The translations under genes were made by a program, and so were the position numbers. Under the pieces are notes generated by a model. That model did not search any database, was not told the DNA's origin, and was given only the letters and a program-made list of their open reading frames with translations. DNA of 64,000 bases, from the NCBI GenBank assembly GCA_000995965.1, contig LBYD01000002.1:135889-199888 (forward strand), read 5' to 3'. How positions within the stretch are numbered: the first letter of the stretch is position 1; every line of letters begins with the position of its first letter. Below are positions 28,668 to 37,749 of the stretch, one piece after another. Source of the DNA: Candidatus Moranbacteria bacterium GW2011_GWC2_40_12. GTDB lineage: Bacteria; Patescibacteriota; Minisyncoccia; Moranbacterales; UBA11712.

Positions 28668-28699
28668 TGTTGATAATAATGTTGATAACCTGTTGAAAT
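28668..28699. promoter_or_regulatory. DnaA-box cluster upstream of dnaA
   Basis: TGTTGATAA at 28668 and 28680, TGTTGAAAT at 28691. Confidence 0.6.
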
Positions 28700-28807
28700 G
28701 GTAGCGGAGAGGGGTGAAAAAATCAAGATATTTAACGAATGCGTTGACCAAAGTGTTTTTTGCTGGTAAACTTTCAAGAGTTAATAAGAACTTATAAGAC
28801 GAAAAAG

Positions 28808-28942
28808 ATGAAGAGGACATATCAGCCAAAAAAGAAGAAAAGAGTGAGAAGGCATGGTTTTCGAAAAAGAATGCGGACCAAAGATGGTCGGGCAGTTTTG
28901 GCGCGGAGGCGCAAAAAAGGCCGGAAGAAATTAAGTGTTTAA
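28808..28942 (+). CDS. rpmH: 50S ribosomal protein L34
   Basis: [22 protein letters not shown]. Confidence 0.97.
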   Translation: MKRTYQPKKKKRVRRHGFRKRMRTKDGRAVLARRRKKGRKKLSV

Positions 28943-28944
28943 AA

Positions 28945-29292
28945 ATGCTGCCAGCCAAATTCAGATTGAAAAATAAGAAGGATTTCAACAATGTTTTTCA
29001 GCGAGGAAAGACGGTGTCTGACGAAGCTCTTGTGATGAAACACAAAAAAACCGAGGGCAGTATGCTTCAAATTGGTTTTTCTGTCGGTTTAAAGCTTTCT
29101 AAGAAGTCATCAGAAAGAAACCGGGTGAAGAGATGGATGCGGGAGGCAGTCAGACAACTTCTGGGCAAGATAAAAACGGGCCGTCAAATTATTTTTTTGA
29201 TTAATTCTAAGTTTCCATACGAGCAGATAAACTACGAACTTGTTAGGAAAAAAACAGAAGATCTGCTTATGCGGGCTAAGCTAATTAAATGA
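28945..29292 (+). CDS. rnpA: RNase P protein component
   Basis: MLPAKFRL, RNRVKR motif, canonical position after rpmH. Confidence 0.92.
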   Translation: MLPAKFRLKNKKDFNNVFQRGKTVSDEALVMKHKKTEGSMLQIGFSVGLKLSKKSSERNRVKRWMREAVRQLLGKIKTGRQIIFLINSKFPYEQINYELVRKKTEDLLMRAKLIK

Positions 29293-30011
29293 GCCAAGTC
29301 TTTCATTCTTTAGTATTCCAGCCAATCTATAATGCGCTGATATTGCTATATAATATCATCCCGGGCCATGATTTGGGCGTGGCTATCATCTTGCTGACCG
29401 TTGTTGTCCGTCTGTTGCTTTACCCTATCTCGAAAAAGCAGATAGAATCTCAGAAAAAACTTCAAGACCTTCAGCCGGAAATCAAAAAACTGCAAGACAA
29501 ATATAAGGGTGACAAAGAAAAGCAGGGGCGGGCCCTAATGGATTTCTACAAGGAAAAGAAGGTCAATCCCGCTTCCGGCTGTCTCCCGCTGGTTGTCCAG
29601 ATAGTTTTTTTCATTGCTCTCTATCAGGCATTTATCGCGGGAATCAATTTCAATTCGGCCTGCAGCGATCTTTATAAATCGGTCGCCTGTCCGGACAGTA
29701 TTAATGTGAACTTTTTCGGAATATTGGACCTTGCAAAGCCAAATATTGTCCTGGCAATTATCGCCGCGGCCGGACAGTTTATACAGACTAAAATGATGAT
29801 GACCAAAAATCCCGTTCCGGCAAAGAAGGGCGATTTCTCGTCAATTATGACCCAGCAAATGCTTTATCTTGGCCCTCTGCTCACCCTTTTTATCGGGATG
29901 AGATTTCCGGCCGGCTTGGCTCTTTATTGGGTGGTGAATACTCTCTTCGCGATAGTTCAGCAGTATCTGACGATGAAAAAATCGGAATTGGCAACCAGCG
30001 ATAATAAGTAG
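29289..30011 (+). CDS. yidC: Membrane insertase YidC/Oxa1
   Basis: LQPEIKKLQDKY, NPASGCLP, PAGLALYW. Confidence 0.95.
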   Translation: MSQVFHSLVFQPIYNALILLYNIIPGHDLGVAIILLTVVVRLLLYPISKKQIESQKKLQDLQPEIKKLQDKYKGDKEKQGRALMDFYKEKKVNPASGCLPLVVQIVFFIALYQAFIAGINFNSACSDLYKSVACPDSINVNFFGILDLAKPNIVLAIIAAAGQFIQTKMMMTKNPVPAKKGDFSSIMTQQMLYLGPLLTLFIGMRFPAGLALYWVVNTLFAIVQQYLTMKKSELATSDNK

Positions 30012-30025
30012 CTTTTGATAAAATT

Positions 30026-30514
30026 ATGGCGAAACCGGAAAACATAGAAATGCTCAAGAAGCTTGTCGAAGAAACGCTTGGGAAAATGACTTTTTCCGAT
30101 TTTTCGCTGGATGTTCGGGATGAAGCAGGATCGGATGGAGAAAATATAGTTTTCAACATAAGCTCTCGGGAGTCAGATCTTCTCATTGGCCAATACGGAG
30201 TGAATCTTCGGGCTCTCCAGCACATTATCCGGGCAATAGCCCGGAAAAAAACCGATGAGAAGCTGAAATTTTCGGTGGATGTCAATGATTATAACAGAAG
30301 CAAAATCGGAACTCTCGAGGATTTGGCAAAAAATATGGCCCGGCAAGCCACAAATGATAAGCGCCCGGTGGTTTTGAGGCCAATGACCGCCTATGAGCGG
30401 AGAATTATCCATTTAGCTCTTGCGGAGAATGACCAAGTGCAGACAGAAAGTATCGGAGAAGGAGAAGAAAGGAAGGTCGTTATCAAACCGGTGGGAAATA
30501 TCGAGAGCGAATAA
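30026..30514 (+). CDS. jag: Jag/EloR (KH + R3H) RNA-binding protein
   Basis: LIGQYGVNLRALQ, DVNDY, PMTAYERRIIH, SIGEG. Confidence 0.9.
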   Translation: MAKPENIEMLKKLVEETLGKMTFSDFSLDVRDEAGSDGENIVFNISSRESDLLIGQYGVNLRALQHIIRAIARKKTDEKLKFSVDVNDYNRSKIGTLEDLAKNMARQATNDKRPVVLRPMTAYERRIIHLALAENDQVQTESIGEGEERKVVIKPVGNIESE

Positions 30515-30623
30515 TGCAAAATTAAAAAATCAAAATGAAAAATGACATTGTAAAATGCTAAAATTTAGAACATTTTTACAGTTTAAATTGCAATTTTGAT
30601 TTTTGACTTTTGTATTTTACATT
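30513..30623. repeat. Empty family-B hairpin element
   Basis: AATGCAAAATTAAAAAATCAAAATGAAAAATGACA... and inverted ...TTTTGATTTTTGACTTTTGTATTTTACATT. Confidence 0.75.
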
Positions 30624-30627
30624 ATTT

Positions 30628-32076
30628 ATGTCTCTTCCTCGGCGCATTGCTTATAATGCTATTTTCACATCAGCTGCCAAAATTCTTGGCACAATTTTAT
30701 CGCTGGTCAGCATAGGATTCATCACCCGCTATTTGGGCAGGGAGGGGTTTGGAGATTATTCTACGGTTCTCGCTTTCTTCGCTTTTTTCTCAGCCATTGC
30801 CGATCTTGGACTTTATGTCATTTCAACAAGGGAAATATCCAGGCCGGAAAGCGATGAGAAGAAGATTCTCGGAAATGTTTTTGCCATCCGGATCGCCGTT
30901 TCTTTTTTCATCCTTCTCGTCTCTCCCCTTCTCATTCTTTTTTTCCCCTACTCCGGGGATGTGAAGGTAGGGGTGGTAATCGCTGCCTCGGCCTATTTTT
31001 TCGCTTCGGGATACTCAGTCCTTATTGGTCTTTTCCAGAAGAGGCTGGCCATGGACAAGGTGGCTATCGGGGAATTTGTTGGAAAAATGGTTCAGCTTGC
31101 CATAGTCGTGATAGCAGTCAAAAGCAATTTTGGATTTTTGGCGATCACGAGTTCTCTTCTTTTTAATATGCTGGCGAGTTTTTTCGTCGTATATCTTTTT
31201 TCGAAAAAATATATCACCTTTTCCCTCCGTTTCGACTGGCAGGCTTGGAAAAAATTCTTGAAGGAATCATATCCTGTCGGGGTCTCAGCGATTATCGTGT
31301 TTGCCTATTTTAAGCTGGATACGATCATCCTCTCAATTCTCAAAACAAACGCGGATGTGGGGATTTATAATGCGGCCTATAAAGTGGTCGAAAACGTGGC
31401 TTTTTTCCCAGCAATGTTTGTGGGTCTTGTCATGCCGATAATGTCCCGCTACATTTTTCACGAACGGGAGAAATTTGAAAAAGTAGCTGACAAAACCTTC
31501 AAAGTTTTTTTAGTTCTGGTTGTGCCTCTTCTGGTCGGCATGATTTTTTTTGCCAAAAATATCATCGGACTAATCGGCGGAGCGGGCTATGAAGATTCAG
31601 TGCTGGTTCTCAAAATATTGGCCTTTGCTATGGCGTTTATATTTTTTGGAAGCTTCTTTACGAATGTGATAATCGCCGGAAATCAGCAACGAAAATTGAT
31701 TGCCATTTTGCTTTTCTGCGCGGTTTTCAATATTACGCTTAACTTGTATATGATACCCCGGTTTTCCTATAAAGGCGCGGCGGTCACATCGAGTCTTACG
31801 GAGTTTTTGGTCGCTGTTCTTTCGGGAGCGGCCTGCTGGAGATTGCTAAAGTACACGCCTTCTTTTGAAAAATCTTTTGCCATTATTTTTTCGGGCATTG
31901 CGATGGGAGGATTTTTATATATTTTTTCGAATCTCCATTTTTTAGTGCGGGCGGTGGCGGGAGCAGCTCTCTATTTTGTGCTGCTTTGGGTTTTCCGGGC
32001 GGTCAGCACCAATGAAGTTCTAAGTCTCATTAGCCGGAAAGGGCCGGAGATGAGGGAATACGAACCGTTGGCTTAG
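30628..32076 (+). CDS. Wzx-type polysaccharide flippase
   Basis: ITRYLG..GFG.Y, DLGL...REIS, DTIILS, VGIYNAAY; many TM segments; ATG 30628 preferred over TTG 30610. Confidence 0.88.
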   Translation: MSLPRRIAYNAIFTSAAKILGTILSLVSIGFITRYLGREGFGDYSTVLAFFAFFSAIADLGLYVISTREISRPESDEKKILGNVFAIRIAVSFFILLVSPLLILFFPYSGDVKVGVVIAASAYFFASGYSVLIGLFQKRLAMDKVAIGEFVGKMVQLAIVVIAVKSNFGFLAITSSLLFNMLASFFVVYLFSKKYITFSLRFDWQAWKKFLKESYPVGVSAIIVFAYFKLDTIILSILKTNADVGIYNAAYKVVENVAFFPAMFVGLVMPIMSRYIFHEREKFEKVADKTFKVFLVLVVPLLVGMIFFAKNIIGLIGGAGYEDSVLVLKILAFAMAFIFFGSFFTNVIIAGNQQRKLIAILLFCAVFNITLNLYMIPRFSYKGAAVTSSLTEFLVAVLSGAACWRLLKYTPSFEKSFAIIFSGIAMGGFLYIFSNLHFLVRAVAGAALYFVLLWVFRAVSTNEVLSLISRKGPEMREYEPLA

Positions 32077-32091
32077 CTAATATTCAATAAA

Positions 32092-32880
32092 ATGCTCCTT
32101 ACGATTCAAATTGTAAACTACAACAGCCGCGACAATCTTCATGCCTGCCTTCGTTCGATACGAGAAAATATTCCCGAACAAATAAACCTTCAGATCATAG
32201 TCATCAACAATGACAAAGAGAAGCTGGAAGTATATTCAGAAGAATCCAGAGTCGAATTAATCGAGAAAAATGAGAATATAGGATTCGGGAAAGCTCATAA
32301 TATCGGATCTCAGGCGGCAAAAGGAAAGTATGTCTTGTTTCTCAACCCGGACACGAAACTTTTTCCATCAGCGGTAGAAAAACTTCTAAGCGTTTTTTCA
32401 AAAGATGAAAAAATCGGCATAGTTGGCCCGGTTCATATGGGAGAAAATGATATTTCGGAAGAAGAATATTTTGGTTGGCAAAGGACGCCGCTTTCGGTAA
32501 TCAGAGCAAAAATATGGAGGAAAAGACAGCCAATTCCAAACGATGTTTTTGAAACGGATTGGGTAAGCGGCGGGGCACTGATGGCAAAAAAAGATTTATT
32601 TTTGGATCTTGGCGGATTTGACGGGAATTATTTCATGTATTTTGAGGATGTGGACCTCTGTCTTCAGGCCAAGAAGAAAGGATGGAAAATAGTCGTCCAC
32701 CCGGAAGCTAAAATATTTCACAAAAGCGGACAAAGTTTTTCCTGCAATCGAAAGAAAAAAAAATACTACTACGATTCGCAGGCTTACTATATAAAAAAGA
32801 ATTTCGGGCCTTTTTGGTCCTGGTTTGTGAAAATATTACGTTTTCCCCTGTATGTTCGGAATGTATATTGCAAGAGGTAA
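32092..32880 (+). CDS. Glycosyltransferase family 2
   Basis: IVNYN, NIGFGKAHN, FLNPD, VSGGALM, FMYFEDVDLC. Confidence 0.92.
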   Translation: MLLTIQIVNYNSRDNLHACLRSIRENIPEQINLQIIVINNDKEKLEVYSEESRVELIEKNENIGFGKAHNIGSQAAKGKYVLFLNPDTKLFPSAVEKLLSVFSKDEKIGIVGPVHMGENDISEEEYFGWQRTPLSVIRAKIWRKRQPIPNDVFETDWVSGGALMAKKDLFLDLGGFDGNYFMYFEDVDLCLQAKKKGWKIVVHPEAKIFHKSGQSFSCNRKKKKYYYDSQAYYIKKNFGPFWSWFVKILRFPLYVRNVYCKR

Positions 32881-34190
32881 TGAAAAAATATATTTTTTTA
32901 GGCATCGTTGCTCTTCTCCCCCTCCAGTTCGCGCTTAACGCGGGCAGCAGTGTTGACTTGGTTACGACTCGTTTGCTGGTCCCGGCAATTTTATTGCTAT
33001 GGCTTTTGGACGGATTTTCCAGAAAAAATATTTGGGTGGCAAACAAGGCGGAAACTTGGCTGATTATATTGTTTTTATTTTTGCCCGCGTTTTCTCTGTG
33101 GATCGGATTGGATCCGGGGAAGGGCGTGAGGAAAATCCTGTATCTTTTCTCAATTTTTCCGATATACTTTGTGGCGGCGGATTTTGCCCGGGATGAAAAA
33201 TTTCGTGCCGGGATAGTCAAAGCAATTTGGGCGAGCGGAGCGTTGGCGGCCGCGGTTGGAATCGGGCAATTTCTGCTCCCCTTTTTGGTCGGCCTCGATC
33301 CGACGCTTGCCGCTTGGCGAAAAATAACCCCGTTTTTTTTGGGGAGTTCTTTTGGCAAGTTAGTCACGGACAATCCAAGCTGGCTGGTGAATATTTCCGG
33401 TGAAACCTGGATGCGGGCTTTTGGCTTTTTCCCCGATCCGCATACGTTTTCTTTCTTTGTGAGCTTGTGTTTTTTCGCCGGTCTGGGATACTTTGCTTGG
33501 GAAAGGAATAGGAAATGGAAAATAGTGGCGGGCGTTTCTGTCGCTCTCATGTTTTTTGCGATAGTGCTTTCATTTTCAAGGGGGGCGTATCTTGGCGTGA
33601 TAATCGGAGGGCTGTTTTTCCTTGCCGTGTTGCTGCACGGATCAAGGAGTGCGGGAAGGGTCGTGGTGATAGGAGCTGTTTCTTTTTTTCTGGCGGCCAT
33701 TTTTTTTCAGGGGACATTTCAAAACCGGCTCGTGTCCGCGTTTGATCTCAAGGAAGGATCAAACGCTGAGCGAATGAAAAATTGGCAGCAGGCAATAAGT
33801 GTGGTCAGGGAATATCCTCTTTTTGGGATCGGATTGGGGAATTATTCATCATATGTAGATCCGGCTTCGGGGGAACGTTCTTCAATTTACGCCCACAATA
33901 CTTTGCTGGATATTTCTTCGGAAACGGGAATCATAAACGGGTTTGTATTCTTAGCTTTGATATTGGCTAGTTTTTGGCGGAACGCCGACTCAAAAAATAT
34001 GCTGAATCTCGGGTTAGCTTCAGGGTTGGTATATTTTCTCGTTCATGGCATTTTTGACACGGCGATTTGGTCGCCGCAAGTGATGGTGATCTTGCTGGTT
34101 ATATTGGCGGTGGGATTACACAAAAATAATGAAAAGTTCAAATATCCCGCCGACGCTAAATCTTTGGCGGGCAAGCAAAATTCAAAATGA
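32880..34190 (+). CDS. O-antigen ligase (Wzy_C) family protein
   Basis: RAFGFFPDPH, SFSRGAYLG, PLFGIGLGN, AHNTLL..E.G; start set to ATG 32880. Confidence 0.88.
   Translation: MKKYIFLGIVALLPLQFALNAGSSVDLVTTRLLVPAILLLWLLDGFSRKNIWVANKAETWLIILFLFLPAFSLWIGLDPGKGVRKILYLFSIFPIYFVAADFARDEKFRAGIVKAIWASGALAAAVGIGQFLLPFLVGLDPTLAAWRKITPFFLGSSFGKLVTDNPSWLVNISGETWMRAFGFFPDPHTFSFFVSLCFFAGLGYFAWERNRKWKIVAGVSVALMFFAIVLSFSRGAYLGVIIGGLFFLAVLLHGSRSAGRVVVIGAVSFFLAAIFFQGTFQNRLVSAFDLKEGSNAERMKNWQQAISVVREYPLFGIGLGNYSSYVDPASGERSSIYAHNTLLDISSETGIINGFVFLALILASFWRNADSKNMLNLGLASGLVYFLVHGIFDTAIWSPQVMVILLVILAVGLHKNNEKFKYPADAKSLAGKQNSK
34146..34175. repeat. Short GC-rich palindromic element nested in a family-B arm
   Basis: CCCGCC-GACGCTAAATCTTT-GGCGGG-CAAG within an AAAAT-periodic tract (34126-34209). 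Confidence 0.6.
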
Positions 34191-35461
34191 CAATTCAAAA
34201 TTTCAAATTGATAAAAGCAAATATTCAGGAGGTTTTAATTTTGGCTGTTTTGTTTCTTCTGCCTTTTTATTTCATAAAGCTTAAATATGGCTGGGTTTCT
34301 TTGAATTTGATTGAAATTTTGATAATAGCGCTTTTTTTTGTTTGGTTTTTTAATAAAGATAAAAAATTCTCAATTCTCAATTCTCAATTCTCAATTCCTG
34401 CTGGATTAATCCTACTTGGTGTCGCATCCTCAATTCTGGTAAACAAAAACTACTATATTGGGCTTGGCATCCTCAAGGGCTGGTTTATCCTTCCGATAAT
34501 TTTTGCGGTGATTTTATATAATAATCTCAAAAAAGATGAAAAGCTGCTGGAAAAAATATTCATTGCTCTTTTCGCTTCCGGCGTATTTGTTGCGGCAGAG
34601 GGAATATATTTTTGGTTTTCAGGACTTCTGACATACGACGGGCGCCTGCGAATATTTTTTGATTCGCCTAATCAGCTGGCGATGTTTCTTGCGCCGGCGT
34701 TTCTGATCGGAATATTACAGCTTGGCAAAAGCTTGGCTTTGATGAATTGTTCCGGCTTAGACGGGACAAGAGAAAAGCCGATCTTTGGAAAAAAGGCCGA
34801 GCTTTGGAAAAAAGTTCTTGCAATCGCTGGGATGTTATTTATTTCATTCAGCTTATATCTCACAAAATCATATGGAGCATGGCTCGCGACTGGCTTGACG
34901 CTTGTTGCCGTATTTTGGCTTAAATATAGGGAAAAATGGTCAAAAAAATATCTTTCTATAATTATTATATTATGCATAATTCTTATATCTCTGGCTGGCT
35001 TTGGGAAATTTGAAAACATAAAAAAACTTGGCGATCGCTCCTCGCTGGCGTCGCGAGAGATGATCTGGAAATCAGCCGGGCTGATGATCGAGAGGAATCC
35101 TGTTTTTGGAATCGGGCCGGGAAATTTTCAAAAGACCTATCTCGAATACCAAAAATATTTTCCACCTTATCTCGAGTGGGCGGTGCCCCAGCCGCACAAT
35201 TTATATCTCGCTTTTTGGCTTGAGTCAGGGCTGTCAGGCCTCATCGGATTTATTTGGCTATTGGTTTTATTTTTCCGCGACAACAAAAAAGCCCGTGAAT
35301 ATAATCTTGAAACGGGCTTGCTGTGCCTCGCGATAATTCTCTATTTTCTTATTCACGGACTTGTTGACACGACATATTGGAGAAACGATATGGCGGTGAT
35401 TTTTTGGGCGGTGATTGTGGCGAATTTATATATTTCGAAACAATCCGATAAAGTTGATTAG
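34187..35461 (+). CDS. O-antigen ligase (Wzy_C) family protein
   Basis: FDSPNQLA, TKSYGAW, PVFGIGPGNF, PHNLYL..WLE.G. Confidence 0.88.
   Translation: MTIQNFKLIKANIQEVLILAVLFLLPFYFIKLKYGWVSLNLIEILIIALFFVWFFNKDKKFSILNSQFSIPAGLILLGVASSILVNKNYYIGLGILKGWFILPIIFAVILYNNLKKDEKLLEKIFIALFASGVFVAAEGIYFWFSGLLTYDGRLRIFFDSPNQLAMFLAPAFLIGILQLGKSLALMNCSGLDGTREKPIFGKKAELWKKVLAIAGMLFISFSLYLTKSYGAWLATGLTLVAVFWLKYREKWSKKYLSIIIILCIILISLAGFGKFENIKKLGDRSSLASREMIWKSAGLMIERNPVFGIGPGNFQKTYLEYQKYFPPYLEWAVPQPHNLYLAFWLESGLSGLIGFIWLLVLFFRDNKKAREYNLETGLLCLAIILYFLIHGLVDTTYWRNDMAVIFWAVIVANLYISKQSDKVD
34365..34397. repeat. Heptamer tandem repeat (AATTCTC)x4.7 inside a CDS
   Basis: Read directly; encodes FSILNSQFSI. Confidence 0.85.
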
Positions 35462-35582
35462 CCAATTATTTTCTATAAATTAAATATCCGATTTCGCCGG
35501 ATGTTTCCAGCGCGGCTGATGGGGCAACATACTAAAGCATAAGCACACTATACTTTTGTGATACTATTCGTTAAGTATATTT

Positions 35583-36833
35583 TTATTTTTCCAACATCCA
35601 CTTCCAAATCGGCATAACCGTTATAGTTTTGCCATTTTCTTTCATAGCAGACTCTTCTTCGTGTGTCAGGATGAGTCCCTTCTCCAGCTTGTAGGTTTCC
35701 ATCGCTTCTCTCAATCCTGCCAGCTCTCTTTTCTTTGTTTCCGCGGGAGCGATTGTTTGAGCCACTTGTATCGCTTCTTCAATCTTTCCATATTCGCGCA
35801 CGACAAAGTCGCACTCCCTTTTGCCGCGGTGATAATAAACTTCCTTTTTTCTCCTCTTTAGTTCCAAAAAAACCGCGTTTTCCAAAATCTTCCCGGCGTT
35901 GCCGGAGAATTTGAAAGATACGGCATTAACAACGCCCGTGTCAATCGCGTAGACTTTTCTGTCGTTGACTATTTGCTTTTTCACGGAATAATCGAACTTG
36001 GGAATCGCGAAAAAAAGATAAGCCTCTTCCATAAAATCAATATAATTTTTCACCGTGGTAACGCTTTTAACTCCCAGAACATCGCGAACTTTGTGAAAAC
36101 TGATCGGGGAGGAAATATTGGAAAGAAGAAAAAGCGCCGTCTCTCTGAAAGATTTTGTCTCTCTGATCCCGAATCTGACAAGCAGGTCTTTTATGAGAAT
36201 ATCCTGATACAGCTGTTTGAGCTCCTCGATGTTTTCGCTGATAACAATTTCGGGAAAACCGCCGAGCCGAAGATATTCGTTGAATTGCTTCAGTATTGTT
36301 ATTTTTTCCTTCGTATCCAATGTGTTTTTCGCCGCTAAATTGTGGTATGTCAGAAATTCCGCGAAGCTAAAAGGAAAAAGTTCGAGTTTCAAGTGCCTTC
36401 CCGACAATGTGGTCGCGAGCTCGGAACTTAATATCTTAGCATTGCTGCCGGTGATAAAAAGCTTCTTTCCGTCTTCAAAAAGTCTCCGGGCAAACTTTTC
36501 CCAGCCAAAAATATTCTGGATCTCGTCGAAAAGAAAGGCCCTTTGTTCTCCGTGGAGTTCGAGAAAAACTTCGTAGAGCTTGTTGAAATCGCGAAAAGTG
36601 AAATCCAAGAACCGTTCGTCTTCAAAATTAAGATAATGATAGGATTCGAAAGTTTGCGCGATCTCCTTGAGAAGCGTTGATTTCCCGCTGCGTCTTATGC
36701 CGCTGATGACGGAAATTTTCCTGGTTTTCAAAAAATTAGAGGGGATATCCCGCTTAATTATGCTCATCTTTTTCTCAAAAATTTTCCTCTGCTCGATCAC
36801 AGCCAGCTTTATGATGTTTTTGTCCATTAGCAA
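35583..36833 (-). CDS. AAA+ ATPase (AAA_14 + DUF4143 type)
   Basis: GIRRSGKST, FDEIQ, TGSN, GGFPE, D.G, ENAVF.EL, ECDFV. Confidence 0.9.
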   Translation of the reverse strand: MLMDKNIIKLAVIEQRKIFEKKMSIIKRDIPSNFLKTRKISVISGIRRSGKSTLLKEIAQTFESYHYLNFEDERFLDFTFRDFNKLYEVFLELHGEQRAFLFDEIQNIFGWEKFARRLFEDGKKLFITGSNAKILSSELATTLSGRHLKLELFPFSFAEFLTYHNLAAKNTLDTKEKITILKQFNEYLRLGGFPEIVISENIEELKQLYQDILIKDLLVRFGIRETKSFRETALFLLSNISSPISFHKVRDVLGVKSVTTVKNYIDFMEEAYLFFAIPKFDYSVKKQIVNDRKVYAIDTGVVNAVSFKFSGNAGKILENAVFLELKRRKKEVYYHRGKRECDFVVREYGKIEEAIQVAQTIAPAETKKRELAGLREAMETYKLEKGLILTHEEESAMKENGKTITVMPIWKWMLEK

Positions 36834-36864
36834 TGTATGCTATTTAGGATTATTGAACATTTCA

Positions 36865-36893
36865 AATGTATAATATCTGAATTTATTTGTCAA
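36865..36893 (-). promoter_or_regulatory. Sigma70-type promoter of the ATPase gene
   Basis: TTGACA-17 bp-TACATT on the minus strand. Confidence 0.55.
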
Positions 36894-36966
36894 ATATTGT
36901 TGTTCGGAGTTGTCTCTTTGGCAAGCCAACTATCACATAATAGTTGTGTAGCGAATAACACAGCTA

Positions 36967-37710
36967 TTAGTATGTTTGCTTCTTGACTTCCCTATACCTT
37001 CTCCAAAGCCAGAATCCTAAACTGGCGAGGACAAGAATTATTCCGGCAGCGATGAGAATCCATTTGCCTGGCGCCGTGGAGTTATTTTCCGTGTCAGTTT
37101 GCACGATGCCGGCTTTTTCCATCAAAACCGGATCAAGTTTCGTCTCCCCTTTCACGCAATCCCGGGGGCAATTTTCGCTGTCCTCAATCGGTGTGTCGCA
37201 CTTTCCATTCTCATTGCAGGTGGCTTTGGAAGCGAGATCAATCGTCAAAACCTTTTTCCCGAATGGGTCGTAGATGTCGGCGTATTTCCCGTTGGGGAAA
37301 TATGGCATATCAATAGTGAGCTCTCCTTCAGTAAGATCGCTACACCCGCCGCTTATCTTTTCAGAGGCCATATCAAAGTGATCTTCACAGAGCGTAGAAG
37401 ATAAATTATTGGCTACCGGAAAAAATCCCAGAGAATTCCCCACGAAAGATACGATTACTCCATTGGTTATTTTTCCTTTGTAAGAACTGTAATCTTTGCT
37501 ATATGAACAGCTCCCCAATATAATCTCAAATTTCTTCACCTCAAGCTGCTTTTCATTTTTAAATATACTAACTTTAACTTCTCGTTCTGTTTGATAAGAA
37601 GGTGGAGCAATGTTTTCCGAGACCGCAGATACTCGAATGCTATAAATCAGAAAAAACAGTATGCCCATAGTAATGTCTAAAAAAGCTAAGTCTCTTTGTT
37701 TCAAAGTCAT
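36967..37710 (-). CDS. Exported, C-terminally membrane-anchored Cys-motif protein
   Basis: Hydrophobic N-terminus, CNENGKCD..EDSENCPRDC, C-terminal TM followed by a basic tail. Confidence 0.7.
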   Translation of the reverse strand: MTLKQRDLAFLDITMGILFFLIYSIRVSAVSENIAPPSYQTEREVKVSIFKNEKQLEVKKFEIILGSCSYSKDYSSYKGKITNGVIVSFVGNSLGFFPVANNLSSTLCEDHFDMASEKISGGCSDLTEGELTIDMPYFPNGKYADIYDPFGKKVLTIDLASKATCNENGKCDTPIEDSENCPRDCVKGETKLDPVLMEKAGIVQTDTENNSTAPGKWILIAAGIILVLASLGFWLWRRYREVKKQTY

Positions 37711-37749
37711 AAGCGTTACAAAAAATAGCTGTTTCCTCTTGTGTTTAAT

